From positions 1 through 59,229 of the forward strand of contig JBECKS010000178.1 of NCBI GenBank assembly GCA_040235395.1: a DNA stretch of 59,229 nt, in the 5' to 3' direction. The notes beneath the pieces are model-generated. The model worked only from the letters and a program-made list of their open reading frames with translations, made no database searches and was not told the origin of the DNA. The stretch is from Pseudomonadales bacterium (lineage in GTDB: Bacteria > Pseudomonadota > Gammaproteobacteria > Pseudomonadales > JBECKS01). Of the stretch, positions 47,064 through 57,301 are shown one piece after another; the stretch's first letter is position 1, and every line of letters starts with the position of its first letter. A program made the position numbers and the translations under genes.

Positions 47064-48284
47064 ATGTCACTCGATTCTCTGACAAACAGACGCATCCTGC
47101 TCTGCATCAGTGGGGGTATTGCCGCCTATAAAAGTGCGGAAATATGTCGTGGCCTGAAAAAAGCTGGCGCCGATGTCAGGGTGGTCATGACGAAAAGTGC
47201 TCAGGAATTTATTACACCCATGACCCTGCAAGCCCTGTCAGGGAACCCTGTACATACCCACTTGCTCGATCCAGAAGCGGAAGCCGCCATGGGGCATATT
47301 GAGCTTGCGCGATGGGCAGACCTGATTCTTATCGCGCCAGCTACCGCCAATACGATTGCACAGCTAGCTAGCGGAAAAGCTGACGATTTGCTCAGCACCC
47401 TTGTGCTGGCGAGTGAAACAAGAAAAGTCATTGCGCCTGCCATGAACAATAAAATGTGGCTGAATGTGGCAACGCAGAAAAATATCGACCTCTTGAAGTC
47501 TCAAGGTTTTTTGCAGATTGACCCCGGAGACGGTGAGCAAGCCTGCGGCGAATTTGGACCAGGTCGCATGGAAGAGCCTGAAAGCATTGTGCTTTTTTGT
47601 GCCAAGCTGTTCAAAACTGAAATGCTTTCTGGAAAACATGTCGTCATAACGGCCGGGCCAACACGCGAAGCCATTGACCCCGTGCGTTACATTAGTAATC
47701 ACAGCTCAGGAAAAATGGGCTTTGCTCTTGCACAGGCAGCGGTCGATGCTGGTGCACGTGTTGATTTGATTGCAGGCCCTGTGCAGCTTTCCACGCCAGA
47801 GCGCGTCCATCGTCATGATGTAACGTCAGCGCAGGAGATGTTTGACAGCAGCCTTAAACTTGCAGAGGGCTGTGATATATTCATTGCATGCGCAGCGGTA
47901 GCGGATTATCGACCAGAGCATTATCAGGAACAGAAAATAAAGAAAGAGCAAGGTTCTGAAAAATTACAGCTTAGCCTGATAAAAAATCCAGATATTGTCA
48001 CTGCAGTAGCACAGTTAACGCCGAAACCTTTTGTGCTCGGTTTCGCTGCCGAATCTCAGGAACTTGAGAACAACGCCAAAACAAAACTTGATAGAAAACA
48101 GCTGAACATGATTGCTGCAAATAACATTAGCAATCAAGCTATTGGTTTCAATAGCGAGGAAAATGCTGTGACAGTGTTCTGTAAACAAGGTGAGGAAATC
48201 CTGCAGTTCGACATTAAGAAAACCAGTAAATATGAACTTGCTAGAAAACTTATTGATCAAATCGCAAAGCAATTAGTCTCTTAA
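47064..48284 (+). CDS. coaBC: Bifunctional phosphopantothenoylcysteine decarboxylase/synthetase
   Basis: Motifs GGIAAYK, APAMN, TAGPTRE and SSGKMG. Start moved to ATG 47064. Confidence 0.97.
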   Translation: MSLDSLTNRRILLCISGGIAAYKSAEICRGLKKAGADVRVVMTKSAQEFITPMTLQALSGNPVHTHLLDPEAEAAMGHIELARWADLILIAPATANTIAQLASGKADDLLSTLVLASETRKVIAPAMNNKMWLNVATQKNIDLLKSQGFLQIDPGDGEQACGEFGPGRMEEPESIVLFCAKLFKTEMLSGKHVVITAGPTREAIDPVRYISNHSSGKMGFALAQAAVDAGARVDLIAGPVQLSTPERVHRHDVTSAQEMFDSSLKLAEGCDIFIACAAVADYRPEHYQEQKIKKEQGSEKLQLSLIKNPDIVTAVAQLTPKPFVLGFAAESQELENNAKTKLDRKQLNMIAANNISNQAIGFNSEENAVTVFCKQGEEILQFDIKKTSKYELARKLIDQIAKQLVS

Positions 48285-48316
48285 TAAGCGTCAAATAGAA
48301 AAAGTGAGATACCATC

Positions 48317-50884
48317 GTGAAAAAAAATAAAGATAAAGCAGAAGCCGCTGAAAAGACCAAGGAAAAAAATGGGAAAAATGCTCCCAAAACTGAAACCTCG
48401 GAAAAAAATTCTGCGAGCTTAAAAGACAACACGTTTTTTAAAACCACACTGCTGCTTTGTATCAGCGCAATTGCTGCAGCAAGTATTGCTTCAGGCATCA
48501 TGTTCTGGAAAGCAGAACAGAACATCAATAGCAGTAACGAGATCAATAAGAAAAGCGCTCTTGAAACCTATTCAAAACTGGCTGGTGTTAATGCGAAATT
48601 GCTAAGTAAGGATATCGTGCATGTTTCAAAATTAATTTTAAATAATCCAGCCTTGCTTGAAGTTAATGACCAGTCCATCGAGAAAATTAATGCACTTGCC
48701 AAAGATAATCTTCCCAACACTATCGACTTCAAGGTCTTTACTTTTAGCCAGTATGCGCTCGACAAAGATAGTTACCCTCCCATCAGTTTCGCAACACAAA
48801 AACAATTGTTGTCTGCCGAAACAGAAAAGAATATCTGGCCCTACTTTTACAAGCACCCAAAGGGCAATTACTTTAGTGTTGCCGACTCCATTAGAAAGCC
48901 AGCGACTGGTGAGCTGCTTTACACCATCATGGCTACTTATCCTGAAAGCATCATTACCAATGAGCTACCTGTTAATTCGATGAAGAACACCAATATCAGT
49001 CTGATACAGGTGTTTGATAACGGCGATACTAATATTGTTTTTTCTTCAGGTCAGAGCTCACAGAAAAAAGGACCCGAGCTATTAGAAACCAGCCATCCTG
49101 CATGGAAGATACAATATCTCTCTAACCAGAAAGAAGCCCTGTTTCAACAAACCTTCATCATGATTGGTATGAGCTCTGGTCTTTTTATTCTGGTCATGCT
49201 CGTTGCAAGTATTGTTAGTCTGTTCCTGTTAAACAAAAACATGGCAGCAGACTCAACCCTAATCCTTGAATTTGTCAGAAGCGCAAACAAAAAATCCATC
49301 AGCCCTGAACTGTTTAAAACCAACCTTTTTCTAGGTTTATATAATCAGTTACAGGCACTTAACATTGGCGCATCGAAACAGCGTCTGGCAAAAACCAAAG
49401 GCAAGGAAAATTTTGAAATTGAAATTTCAGATGGTGATGACAACCTTTTTGGCGATGAAGAAGCAAAAGCAAAACCTGCAAAGACGGTTGCAAAACCGAA
49501 GGCTGCTTCTGTTGAAATCAACCCCGTTATCTTCAGGGCTTATGACATTCGAGGTATCGTTGATCAAACTTTAACGGCTGAAACCGTGAACTTAATAGGC
49601 AAAGCCATCGGTTCTGAAGCGCTTAAACAAGGTGACAATAGCGTTATCGTTGCAAGGGATGGTCGTTTATCGGGTCCAGCGCTTTCAGAAGCGCTTAAGC
49701 AAGGCATTCTTTCAACGGGTGCAAACGTAATCGATATTGGTATGGTGCCAACGCCTTTGCTTTACTTCGCATGTAAAACCACAGAAAGTAAATCAGGCGT
49801 TGTGCTAACAGGAAGCCACAACCCAAGTAATCATAATGGCCTTAAGATAGTTATCAATGGAGTAACGCTTTCTAATGATGGCATACAGAATCTTAGAAAA
49901 CGTATTGAGACAAACGATTTTGCTGATGGCGAAGGACAAGCCCAGGATTTTGACATCATACCAGCTTACATCGATGCTATTGAAAACGATGTCATTCTGG
50001 CCCAGCCCCTAGATATCGTTATTGATTGTGGTAATGGCGTAACAGGCGTTATCGCTCAACAACTTTTTGAGCAAATTGGTTGTAACGTTACACCTTTATA
50101 TGCAGATGTTGATGGGAACTTTCCCAATCACCATCCTGATCCAAGCCAGCCAAAAAACCTTCAGGCGCTCATCAACAAGGTGAAGGAAACCAGTGCACAG
50201 GTTGGTATCGCATTTGATGGCGATGGAGACAGGGTAGGCATTGTCACCAATTCAGGAAAGATTATCTGGCCTGATCGCTTGATGATGCTTTTTGCCAAGG
50301 ACCTTTTATCAAGAAGCCCGGGCGCGGATATTATTTTTGACGTGAAGTGCTCAAATACACTTGCAGACATTATTCGAAAACACGGCGGTCGCCCTTTGAT
50401 GTGGAAAACAGGTCATTCACTCATCAAAGCGAAACTCATTGAGACGGGTGCACAGCTTGCTGGAGAAATGAGTGGACACATTTTCTTCAATGATCGCTGG
50501 TACGGTTTTGATGACGGGCTATACAGCGCTGCTCGCTTACTGGAAATCCTTTCTACCGACGCGATGAGCTGCGATGAGATTTTTGCTCAACTACCCGAGC
50601 TTGTTTCAACACCTGAGATTAATATTCCTGTTGATGATGAAGGCAAGTTCGACATGGTAACCGTGCTTGCCTCTAAGGGTGAATTTGGTGAAGGCAATAA
50701 AACTGACATAGACGGTATTCGCGTTGACTACGCTTATGGCTGGGGGCTGATTCGTGCATCAAACACAACAGCAAACCTTGTTGCGCGTTTTGAAGCAAAA
50801 AGTGAAGACAAACTGAAAGAAATTCAGGCGCTTTTTAAGGAACAGCTGCTAAAAATCCAGGGCGACCTGGAAATTCCATTTTAA
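48317..50884 (+). CDS. algC: Phosphomannomutase/phosphoglucomutase with an N-terminal two-transmembrane periplasmic extension
   Basis: Motifs FRAYDIRG, TGSHNP, DGDGDR and GEMSGH. The N-terminal extension of about 400 aa has two hydrophobic segments. GTG start is uncertain. Confidence 0.93.
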   Translation: MKKNKDKAEAAEKTKEKNGKNAPKTETSEKNSASLKDNTFFKTTLLLCISAIAAASIASGIMFWKAEQNINSSNEINKKSALETYSKLAGVNAKLLSKDIVHVSKLILNNPALLEVNDQSIEKINALAKDNLPNTIDFKVFTFSQYALDKDSYPPISFATQKQLLSAETEKNIWPYFYKHPKGNYFSVADSIRKPATGELLYTIMATYPESIITNELPVNSMKNTNISLIQVFDNGDTNIVFSSGQSSQKKGPELLETSHPAWKIQYLSNQKEALFQQTFIMIGMSSGLFILVMLVASIVSLFLLNKNMAADSTLILEFVRSANKKSISPELFKTNLFLGLYNQLQALNIGASKQRLAKTKGKENFEIEISDGDDNLFGDEEAKAKPAKTVAKPKAASVEINPVIFRAYDIRGIVDQTLTAETVNLIGKAIGSEALKQGDNSVIVARDGRLSGPALSEALKQGILSTGANVIDIGMVPTPLLYFACKTTESKSGVVLTGSHNPSNHNGLKIVINGVTLSNDGIQNLRKRIETNDFADGEGQAQDFDIIPAYIDAIENDVILAQPLDIVIDCGNGVTGVIAQQLFEQIGCNVTPLYADVDGNFPNHHPDPSQPKNLQALINKVKETSAQVGIAFDGDGDRVGIVTNSGKIIWPDRLMMLFAKDLLSRSPGADIIFDVKCSNTLADIIRKHGGRPLMWKTGHSLIKAKLIETGAQLAGEMSGHIFFNDRWYGFDDGLYSAARLLEILSTDAMSCDEIFAQLPELVSTPEINIPVDDEGKFDMVTVLASKGEFGEGNKTDIDGIRVDYAYGWGLIRASNTTANLVARFEAKSEDKLKEIQALFKEQLLKIQGDLEIPF

Positions 50885-50899
50885 GCAACATTGATGTAA

Positions 50900-51814
<915 letters not shown>

Positions 51815-51818
51815 AGCC

Positions 51819-52412
51819 ATGCCAAGAGAACGTACGAATAGAAAACAGCAAATCCTTCAATGTCTTGCTGACATGCTTGAATCCAGCCCTGGTGAACGTA
51901 TAACTACAGCTTCACTGGCAAAAAAAGTTGGCGTTTCAGAAGCTGCGCTTTACCGCCACTTCCCCAGTAAAGCCAAGATGTTTGAAGGTTTAATTGAGTT
52001 TATAGAAGAAACCATTTTTACCCGTATCAACCGCATCCTTACAGAAAAAAATACCGCATCAGAGCGCTGCGAACAGATTCTTTTCTTACTGCTTAGTTTT
52101 TCAGAAAAAAATCCTGGCATGTCACGCATTCTAGTTGGCGATGCACTTGCTGGTGAAACCGATCGTTTGCGCGGCAGGGTCGCACAGTTCTATTCAAGAA
52201 TTGAAACCCAGTTGAAACAAGTAATCAGGGAATCCGAGATTCGCGAAAATCTTCGCCCTACTATTGAAGCAGGTGCGAGTGCTAATTTTCTTCTTGCCTA
52301 TGCCGACGGGAAGATTACCCAATTTGTACGTAGTGAATTCAAAAACTCGCCAATGGAACACTTTCCTATGCAGTGGCAACTAATAGGTAGTGTACTGTTT
52401 TCACCCCTTTAG
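51819..52412 (+). CDS. slmA: Nucleoid occlusion factor (TetR family)
   Basis: 'ITTASLAKKVGVSEAALYRHFPSKAKMFEGLIEFIE' and 'FVRSEF'. Confidence 0.93.
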   Translation: MPRERTNRKQQILQCLADMLESSPGERITTASLAKKVGVSEAALYRHFPSKAKMFEGLIEFIEETIFTRINRILTEKNTASERCEQILFLLLSFSEKNPGMSRILVGDALAGETDRLRGRVAQFYSRIETQLKQVIRESEIRENLRPTIEAGASANFLLAYADGKITQFVRSEFKNSPMEHFPMQWQLIGSVLFSPL

Positions 52413-52474
52413 ACGATGAATTCCGCTCCTAGGGGCTTAGACTTGTGAGCCAGAATAATAAAGGAGTGTAATTT

Positions 52475-53245
52475 ATGTCGAATCCAGATTTTCCCTCAGG
52501 ACTGGCTCTTGTTGTTGGTGGTAGCGGCGGTGTTGGTGCCTCTATTTGTGAAGCATTGGCTGCGGCGGGTAGTGATGTTGCATTAACCTACAACAGCAAT
52601 GAAGCACGTGCTCAGGATGTTGCTGACAAAATCAAAGCCATGGGTAAGCATGCAGAAGTTCATCAGTTATCTATCGGTGATGCACCGCGTGTTAAAAACC
52701 TAATTGACCAGATAGCCGGCACGGCACGAATTCATACGGTGGTCATCGCAGCGGGTTCTGATATTGAACAGCTGATGATTCGAGACCTGACACCAGAAAA
52801 ATGGAAAGCTGTCATCGACGCTGATGTGAACGGGTTTTTCAACATTGTCCACGCTTCGCTTCCACACATGAAAGCCGGTGGTGGCGGTTCTTACGTGCAT
52901 ATCAGTTCAGCTGGCTTACACAAGTGGCCTGAGCGTGACGCGCTTTCCGTTGCTCCCAAAGCAGCTATTGAATGGTTGATTCAGGGTATTGCCAAGGAAG
53001 AAGGCCAATTCAACATTCGCGCAAACAGTGTTGCCATTGGTGTTATTAATGCAGGCATCTTCAAACGACTTTGGGCTGAAGGCGTGTTTGACGAAGACTG
53101 GAAAAACGCCGTGCAAGCTGGGCTCTGTGTGAAGCGTTGGGGTGAACCCGAAGAAGTTGCTAATGCTGTTGTCTATCTCGCCTCTTCTAAAGCGGGTTAT
53201 GTAACAGGACAACTACTTTCAGTTGATGGCGGCTACGGCGTTTAA
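52475..53245 (+). CDS. Short-chain dehydrogenase/reductase with an atypical active site
   Basis: Motifs GGSGGVG, IRANSV and YVTGQLLSVDGG; the YxxxK position reads SVAPK. Confidence 0.85.
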   Translation: MSNPDFPSGLALVVGGSGGVGASICEALAAAGSDVALTYNSNEARAQDVADKIKAMGKHAEVHQLSIGDAPRVKNLIDQIAGTARIHTVVIAAGSDIEQLMIRDLTPEKWKAVIDADVNGFFNIVHASLPHMKAGGGGSYVHISSAGLHKWPERDALSVAPKAAIEWLIQGIAKEEGQFNIRANSVAIGVINAGIFKRLWAEGVFDEDWKNAVQAGLCVKRWGEPEEVANAVVYLASSKAGYVTGQLLSVDGGYGV

Positions 53246-53264
53246 GGTCTAAGCAGTAGTCAGA

Positions 53265-53293
53265 ACAAGCGCCTGTATAACAGGCGCCTTATT
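53265..53293. terminator. Hairpin between convergent genes (probable terminator)
   Basis: GCGCCTGT-ata-ACAGGCGC with only weak U-tracts. Confidence 0.6.
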
Positions 53294-53325
53294 CCTCACT
53301 TAAGTAACAAAAAATCTGGTGGGGT

Positions 53326-54276
53326 TTATTTTTGAATCCGTTGTTGTGTTGAAAAGAAATCCCAGATCAGTTCTGCGCCATTAGCATCCATATTTTTCTG
53401 CCCAAGAATTCGTTTTCTATTCGGGATGTCTGTTCCTGGCATCGTGTGCCCACCCCCTCTGACTATATAAAATTCCATTTTAATGCTATCTGGGCAGTTA
53501 TAGCTCTGTCTCGTAATCAGGGATTTATCATCTACATTACGATTTTCGAGCGTTTCATCAGTGTCAGCTTTTAGTGGACATTTATTTTTCTCTCGCCAGA
53601 AATTAAATGTTTCTTCTGCTGATAACACTTTGCCATGATCCTTGAACAGTGCATGAATTTCGCCACCTTGCCAGGGAACCAAAGGATCTTCCGTACCATT
53701 CATCAGCAAAAAGGAGACAGGCGTTTTTGGCTTACAAGTATCGCGAATATCCAAAGGCATACCTGCAATCACGGGGGCTACCGCTGCAAAAAGCTCGCTC
53801 GCTTCACAGGCCATTCTAATGGTCATCATGCCGCCATTTGAAAGCCCTGTTAGATAGACCCGGTTTTCATCAATCTGCTCATATTTCACCATATAAGCAA
53901 TTAGATCCTTTATAAACGCAATATCATTTGCCTCATTTTCAAGATAGCGCTCCTGTTTCTTTTTAGGTAAACGACCATCGTGCCATTTACTTTTTATGCC
54001 ATTAGGGAACACTGCAATGAATTTTTCCTTTTCCGCCATGTCGGCAAAGCCGGTCATTTCAGCAGTTTCATCTCCATCCCGTCTCCCACCCCCATGCAAC
54101 ACAATCACCAGAGGAAAACGTGTTTGTGAATCCAGTGTTTGGGGGTAGCGGATATAGTATGAACGAACTTGATCATCCACTTTTATTTCACGCTTTGAGA
54201 TTTTCTTATCAGCTACAGCGGAACAACTAAGTACAAGCATGCCCAAAAACAAGGCAACAGGATTTAAAAATTTCAT
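53326..54276 (-). CDS. Secreted esterase, PHB-depolymerase/LpqP-like alpha/beta hydrolase
   Basis: Signal peptide, LHGGG oxyanion region, GLSNGG nucleophile, GTEDP and GGGHTMPG. Confidence 0.82.
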   Translation of the reverse strand: MKFLNPVALFLGMLVLSCSAVADKKISKREIKVDDQVRSYYIRYPQTLDSQTRFPLVIVLHGGGRRDGDETAEMTGFADMAEKEKFIAVFPNGIKSKWHDGRLPKKKQERYLENEANDIAFIKDLIAYMVKYEQIDENRVYLTGLSNGGMMTIRMACEASELFAAVAPVIAGMPLDIRDTCKPKTPVSFLLMNGTEDPLVPWQGGEIHALFKDHGKVLSAEETFNFWREKNKCPLKADTDETLENRNVDDKSLITRQSYNCPDSIKMEFYIVRGGGHTMPGTDIPNRKRILGQKNMDANGAELIWDFFSTQQRIQK

Positions 54277-54415
54277 GGGCTCTCTCCCTCTCTCAAATGT
54301 TTTCCTTTTGTAAAGGTTTCTTCCTGAATGAGAGATTAAGGCTAACAGAAGCGCTTATGCTCTGTTTGAAATTTCTGACAAATGGGTTTTAAGTAAGTCT
54401 CTAGATTTTCACAGG

Positions 54416-55654
54416 CTAACCAAAGCTTGAAATATATTCCTGACGTTCTTTTTCCTGAGCAACAAAACTTAACCACTGATCAGCAGCTTTTGCCTGCTTT
54501 TCATAATGTTTTGCCTTATTGAACGCGTTAAGCGCCTGATCCATTTTTTTCTGATTAAAATAGGAGAGGCCCTGTATTAAATAGGCATTACCCTCATCCT
54601 TAAGCTTTCCTTTCTTGATTGCTTTGGCAATAAATTCTGAAGACTTATCCCACTGGTTTTTTTCCATAAACACCTGAGCGAGTTTATAGGCGACTTCTCC
54701 ATCATCAGATGTTGACTCAAGATCCTGCAACACGAGGATTGCCTTATCGTATTCTTTTGCAAGCATCCAGGCATCAGCAAGCAGCTTCATATGTTCCGGT
54801 GTTTTTTCAATCACTTCTTTTTCCATACCTTTACTCATTACGACTGCTGCTTTATAGGGAATTTCTACTTGAAGTAATAAACCTGCAAATGACATCAGTT
54901 CATTTTCCTTGGTTAAATAGCCTTTCTCATAAGCTGTTTCAAGAACGGATAAGGATTTTCCTGTTTGGTTTAACTGGTCATAAACTGCAGATAGTTGTAG
55001 CCAGTATTGGGATTTAGGATAAAAAGCAGCAAGTTCTTTAAGATTTTTTTCTAGACCCTTGTAATCATTCTGCTTGTAATACACTGCTCTCTCAAGCAAG
55101 TACCAGTTTTCCTTGATGATTCTGCCCTCTTTTCTTGCTAGTGCCATTCCCTTTTGAATTTCATCCATAGCGAGACCCATATCATCAAGTTGCAAATAAC
55201 TCTGGCCTAACATGATATGAGATTCAGCATTGGGCTGTTTAGCTATTTTTTGCCATTTGCGCAAATACTCTATGCTTTTGCTATATCTTTCAGTTGCCAA
55301 ACTCAATTTCGCCAGGCTGTATAAAGTAGTCTGCCTTAAGCTATCTGGAATTTGTAAATTCAGAACTTGTTCATATGACTCTATGGCCTTTTCATAATTT
55401 TCCTGACTGAAGTGGTAATAAGCATAGACATTATATGTCATGGCTTTTTCATATGTGTTTCTATTCATTTTCGACAGTTTATCCAGCTCATCTTTTCCAG
55501 CCTGATAGTTCTTGTTATCGATTTCTGTTTGTGCTTTTTCCAGAATTCGAAACACTAGAGGCCGCATGGTTTGGCCAGCAGCAAATACTGAACTAAATTG
55601 TGTTGTGCTTAACAAAAATAATGTTGTTAATAAAATCAATATTTTCTGTTTCAT
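54416..55654 (-). CDS. Periplasmic TPR protein (TtpD-like)
   Basis: Signal peptide and many TPR-like helices; last gene of the TtpC-TonB operon. Start is 55654 or 55678. Confidence 0.8.
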   Translation of the reverse strand: MKQKILILLTTLFLLSTTQFSSVFAAGQTMRPLVFRILEKAQTEIDNKNYQAGKDELDKLSKMNRNTYEKAMTYNVYAYYHFSQENYEKAIESYEQVLNLQIPDSLRQTTLYSLAKLSLATERYSKSIEYLRKWQKIAKQPNAESHIMLGQSYLQLDDMGLAMDEIQKGMALARKEGRIIKENWYLLERAVYYKQNDYKGLEKNLKELAAFYPKSQYWLQLSAVYDQLNQTGKSLSVLETAYEKGYLTKENELMSFAGLLLQVEIPYKAAVVMSKGMEKEVIEKTPEHMKLLADAWMLAKEYDKAILVLQDLESTSDDGEVAYKLAQVFMEKNQWDKSSEFIAKAIKKGKLKDEGNAYLIQGLSYFNQKKMDQALNAFNKAKHYEKQAKAADQWLSFVAQEKERQEYISSFG

Positions 55655-55694
55655 CGTCTTACCTATTATTGTGTTCATATTTTAATCTTTGTGT

Positions 55695-56360
55695 TTATTC
55701 TGATTTTTCCAATTCAAATCGAATGAGATTTTTTACACCACTTACTGGAACAGCTTTTCCATCAACTATCTTGGGTTTGTATTTGAATTTTTTGGCGGCT
55801 TCTATGGCTGCCCGATTAAAAATTCCTGGTGGTTCTGCATTAATCACCACAGGGTCAATAACTGCACCTAATTCATTAACGGTAAATTCAAGAACAACAA
55901 AACCTTCAATTCCTCGTTGAGCTGCATTCCGTGGATAGATTGGAGCCACCTTAATAATGGGTAGATACTCGCCATCGCCAGTATTAATACCGTTTAATCC
56001 AGAGCCCATATCCATATCGACATCCATCTGTCCAATATCGATACCATCTAGCGACTGTTTTTGATTCGTGATTTGCTGTTTAGCAATTTCAGGCTTTGGT
56101 GGTTCTTTAGGCGCTGGTGGCGGCCTATTGACCTTTCTATCTTTGGTATTTAATGCATCATCTTTTTCAACATGAATGAAGTTTACAGCTGTACTACCAT
56201 CATCATCATTCAGCACTGACTTTCCCGAAGTAATCAGGGTTTGCATCGCCCAGAAAACAAACAGGGTAAACCCTAATGCAAGAACAGGTGTAGCTAGCCA
56301 TCGCGCAATTACCTTAATGCGCTCATCGGGGATTTGTGCCTGTTCCATTACAGCAATCAT
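55695..56360 (-). CDS. tonB: TonB energy transducer (TtpC-associated type)
   Basis: Transmembrane helix, Pro-rich linker and C-terminal 'PIYPRNAAQRGIEGFVVLEFTV...FKYKP'. Confidence 0.92.
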   Translation of the reverse strand: MIAVMEQAQIPDERIKVIARWLATPVLALGFTLFVFWAMQTLITSGKSVLNDDDGSTAVNFIHVEKDDALNTKDRKVNRPPPAPKEPPKPEIAKQQITNQKQSLDGIDIGQMDVDMDMGSGLNGINTGDGEYLPIIKVAPIYPRNAAQRGIEGFVVLEFTVNELGAVIDPVVINAEPPGIFNRAAIEAAKKFKYKPKIVDGKAVPVSGVKNLIRFELEKSE

Positions 56361-56767
56361 TAGCCATTTTCCGCAGAAATCGATATGTTGTACACCCCTG
56401 CTTCCCTTGAAGCATCCATGACATCAACAAGGAGTTTTGTCTTCGCATTTTCATCAGCCTGAATGACGACACTGCCTTGTGGATTTTCTGCATGAAGAAT
56501 TTCTATGTTTGCGCGCACTGATGAAATATCTACCTTACGCTTGTTGATCCAGATCTCTCCCTTGTCATTAATTGCCACCAGAATGCTCGCCTTACTCTGC
56601 ATACTTGCTGTATCTGCTTTTGGGCGATTAACTTCTATGCCTGATTCCTTTACAAAGGAGGCAGTTACAATAAAAAAAATCAACATGATAAAAACTACGT
56701 CTAGCATCGGCGTAATGTTGATTTCGTCTTCATCACTTTCAATATTTTGTTGTGAAAATCTTCTCAT
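56360..56767 (-). CDS. exbD: Biopolymer transport protein ExbD
   Basis: Motifs INITPMLDVVFIMLIFF and IQAD. Confidence 0.95.
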   Translation of the reverse strand: MRRFSQQNIESDEDEINITPMLDVVFIMLIFFIVTASFVKESGIEVNRPKADTASMQSKASILVAINDKGEIWINKRKVDISSVRANIEILHAENPQGSVVIQADENAKTKLLVDVMDASREAGVYNISISAENG

Positions 56768-56780
56768 TTTTCAAATCTTC

Positions 56781-57299
56781 TTAACGGTTGAATAAAAATT
56801 CCTGGGCTTTATGTTTTTTGCTTTCAATAATTCTATTAAGAATATTAAAAGCGAGTAATCCAGAGAGTGCTGCCACCATGCCGGCCATTGTAGGAATTGT
56901 GGCTTTTGAAATTCCAGAAGCCATCGCTCTTGGACTTCCATTCCCAAGGTTAGCCATTACTTCAAACACTTCTATCATTCCTGAAACCGTCCCCAATAAG
57001 CCAAATAATGGGCACAAGGCAATCAATGTTTTGATTAAAGCCATGTTGTTATCCAACTTTCTAAACAAATCGGCGAGCAACATGATTTTAATTTTTCTTG
57101 AAAACCAGCTTCGATGATCCTGCCTTTCGTTCCAGTAACTAATAATTGACTGTTGCTGTTCAGGAAATTCTGTTCTCAACAAAATAAATTTATTGATTAA
57201 CAAAGACCAAAGCAGCAATAAAAGGCCCATGATGAAATAAAGCACATACCCACCACGATCAAGAAACTGAAAAATTGGTTCTAATAATTCATAAAACAT
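56781..57299 (-). CDS. exbB: ExbB (MotA/TolQ/ExbB family)
   Basis: Motifs CPLFGLLGTVSGMI and GISKATIPTMAG. Confidence 0.92.
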   Translation of the reverse strand: MFYELLEPIFQFLDRGGYVLYFIMGLLLLLWSLLINKFILLRTEFPEQQQSIISYWNERQDHRSWFSRKIKIMLLADLFRKLDNNMALIKTLIALCPLFGLLGTVSGMIEVFEVMANLGNGSPRAMASGISKATIPTMAGMVAALSGLLAFNILNRIIESKKHKAQEFLFNR

Positions 57300-57301
57300 A
57301 G

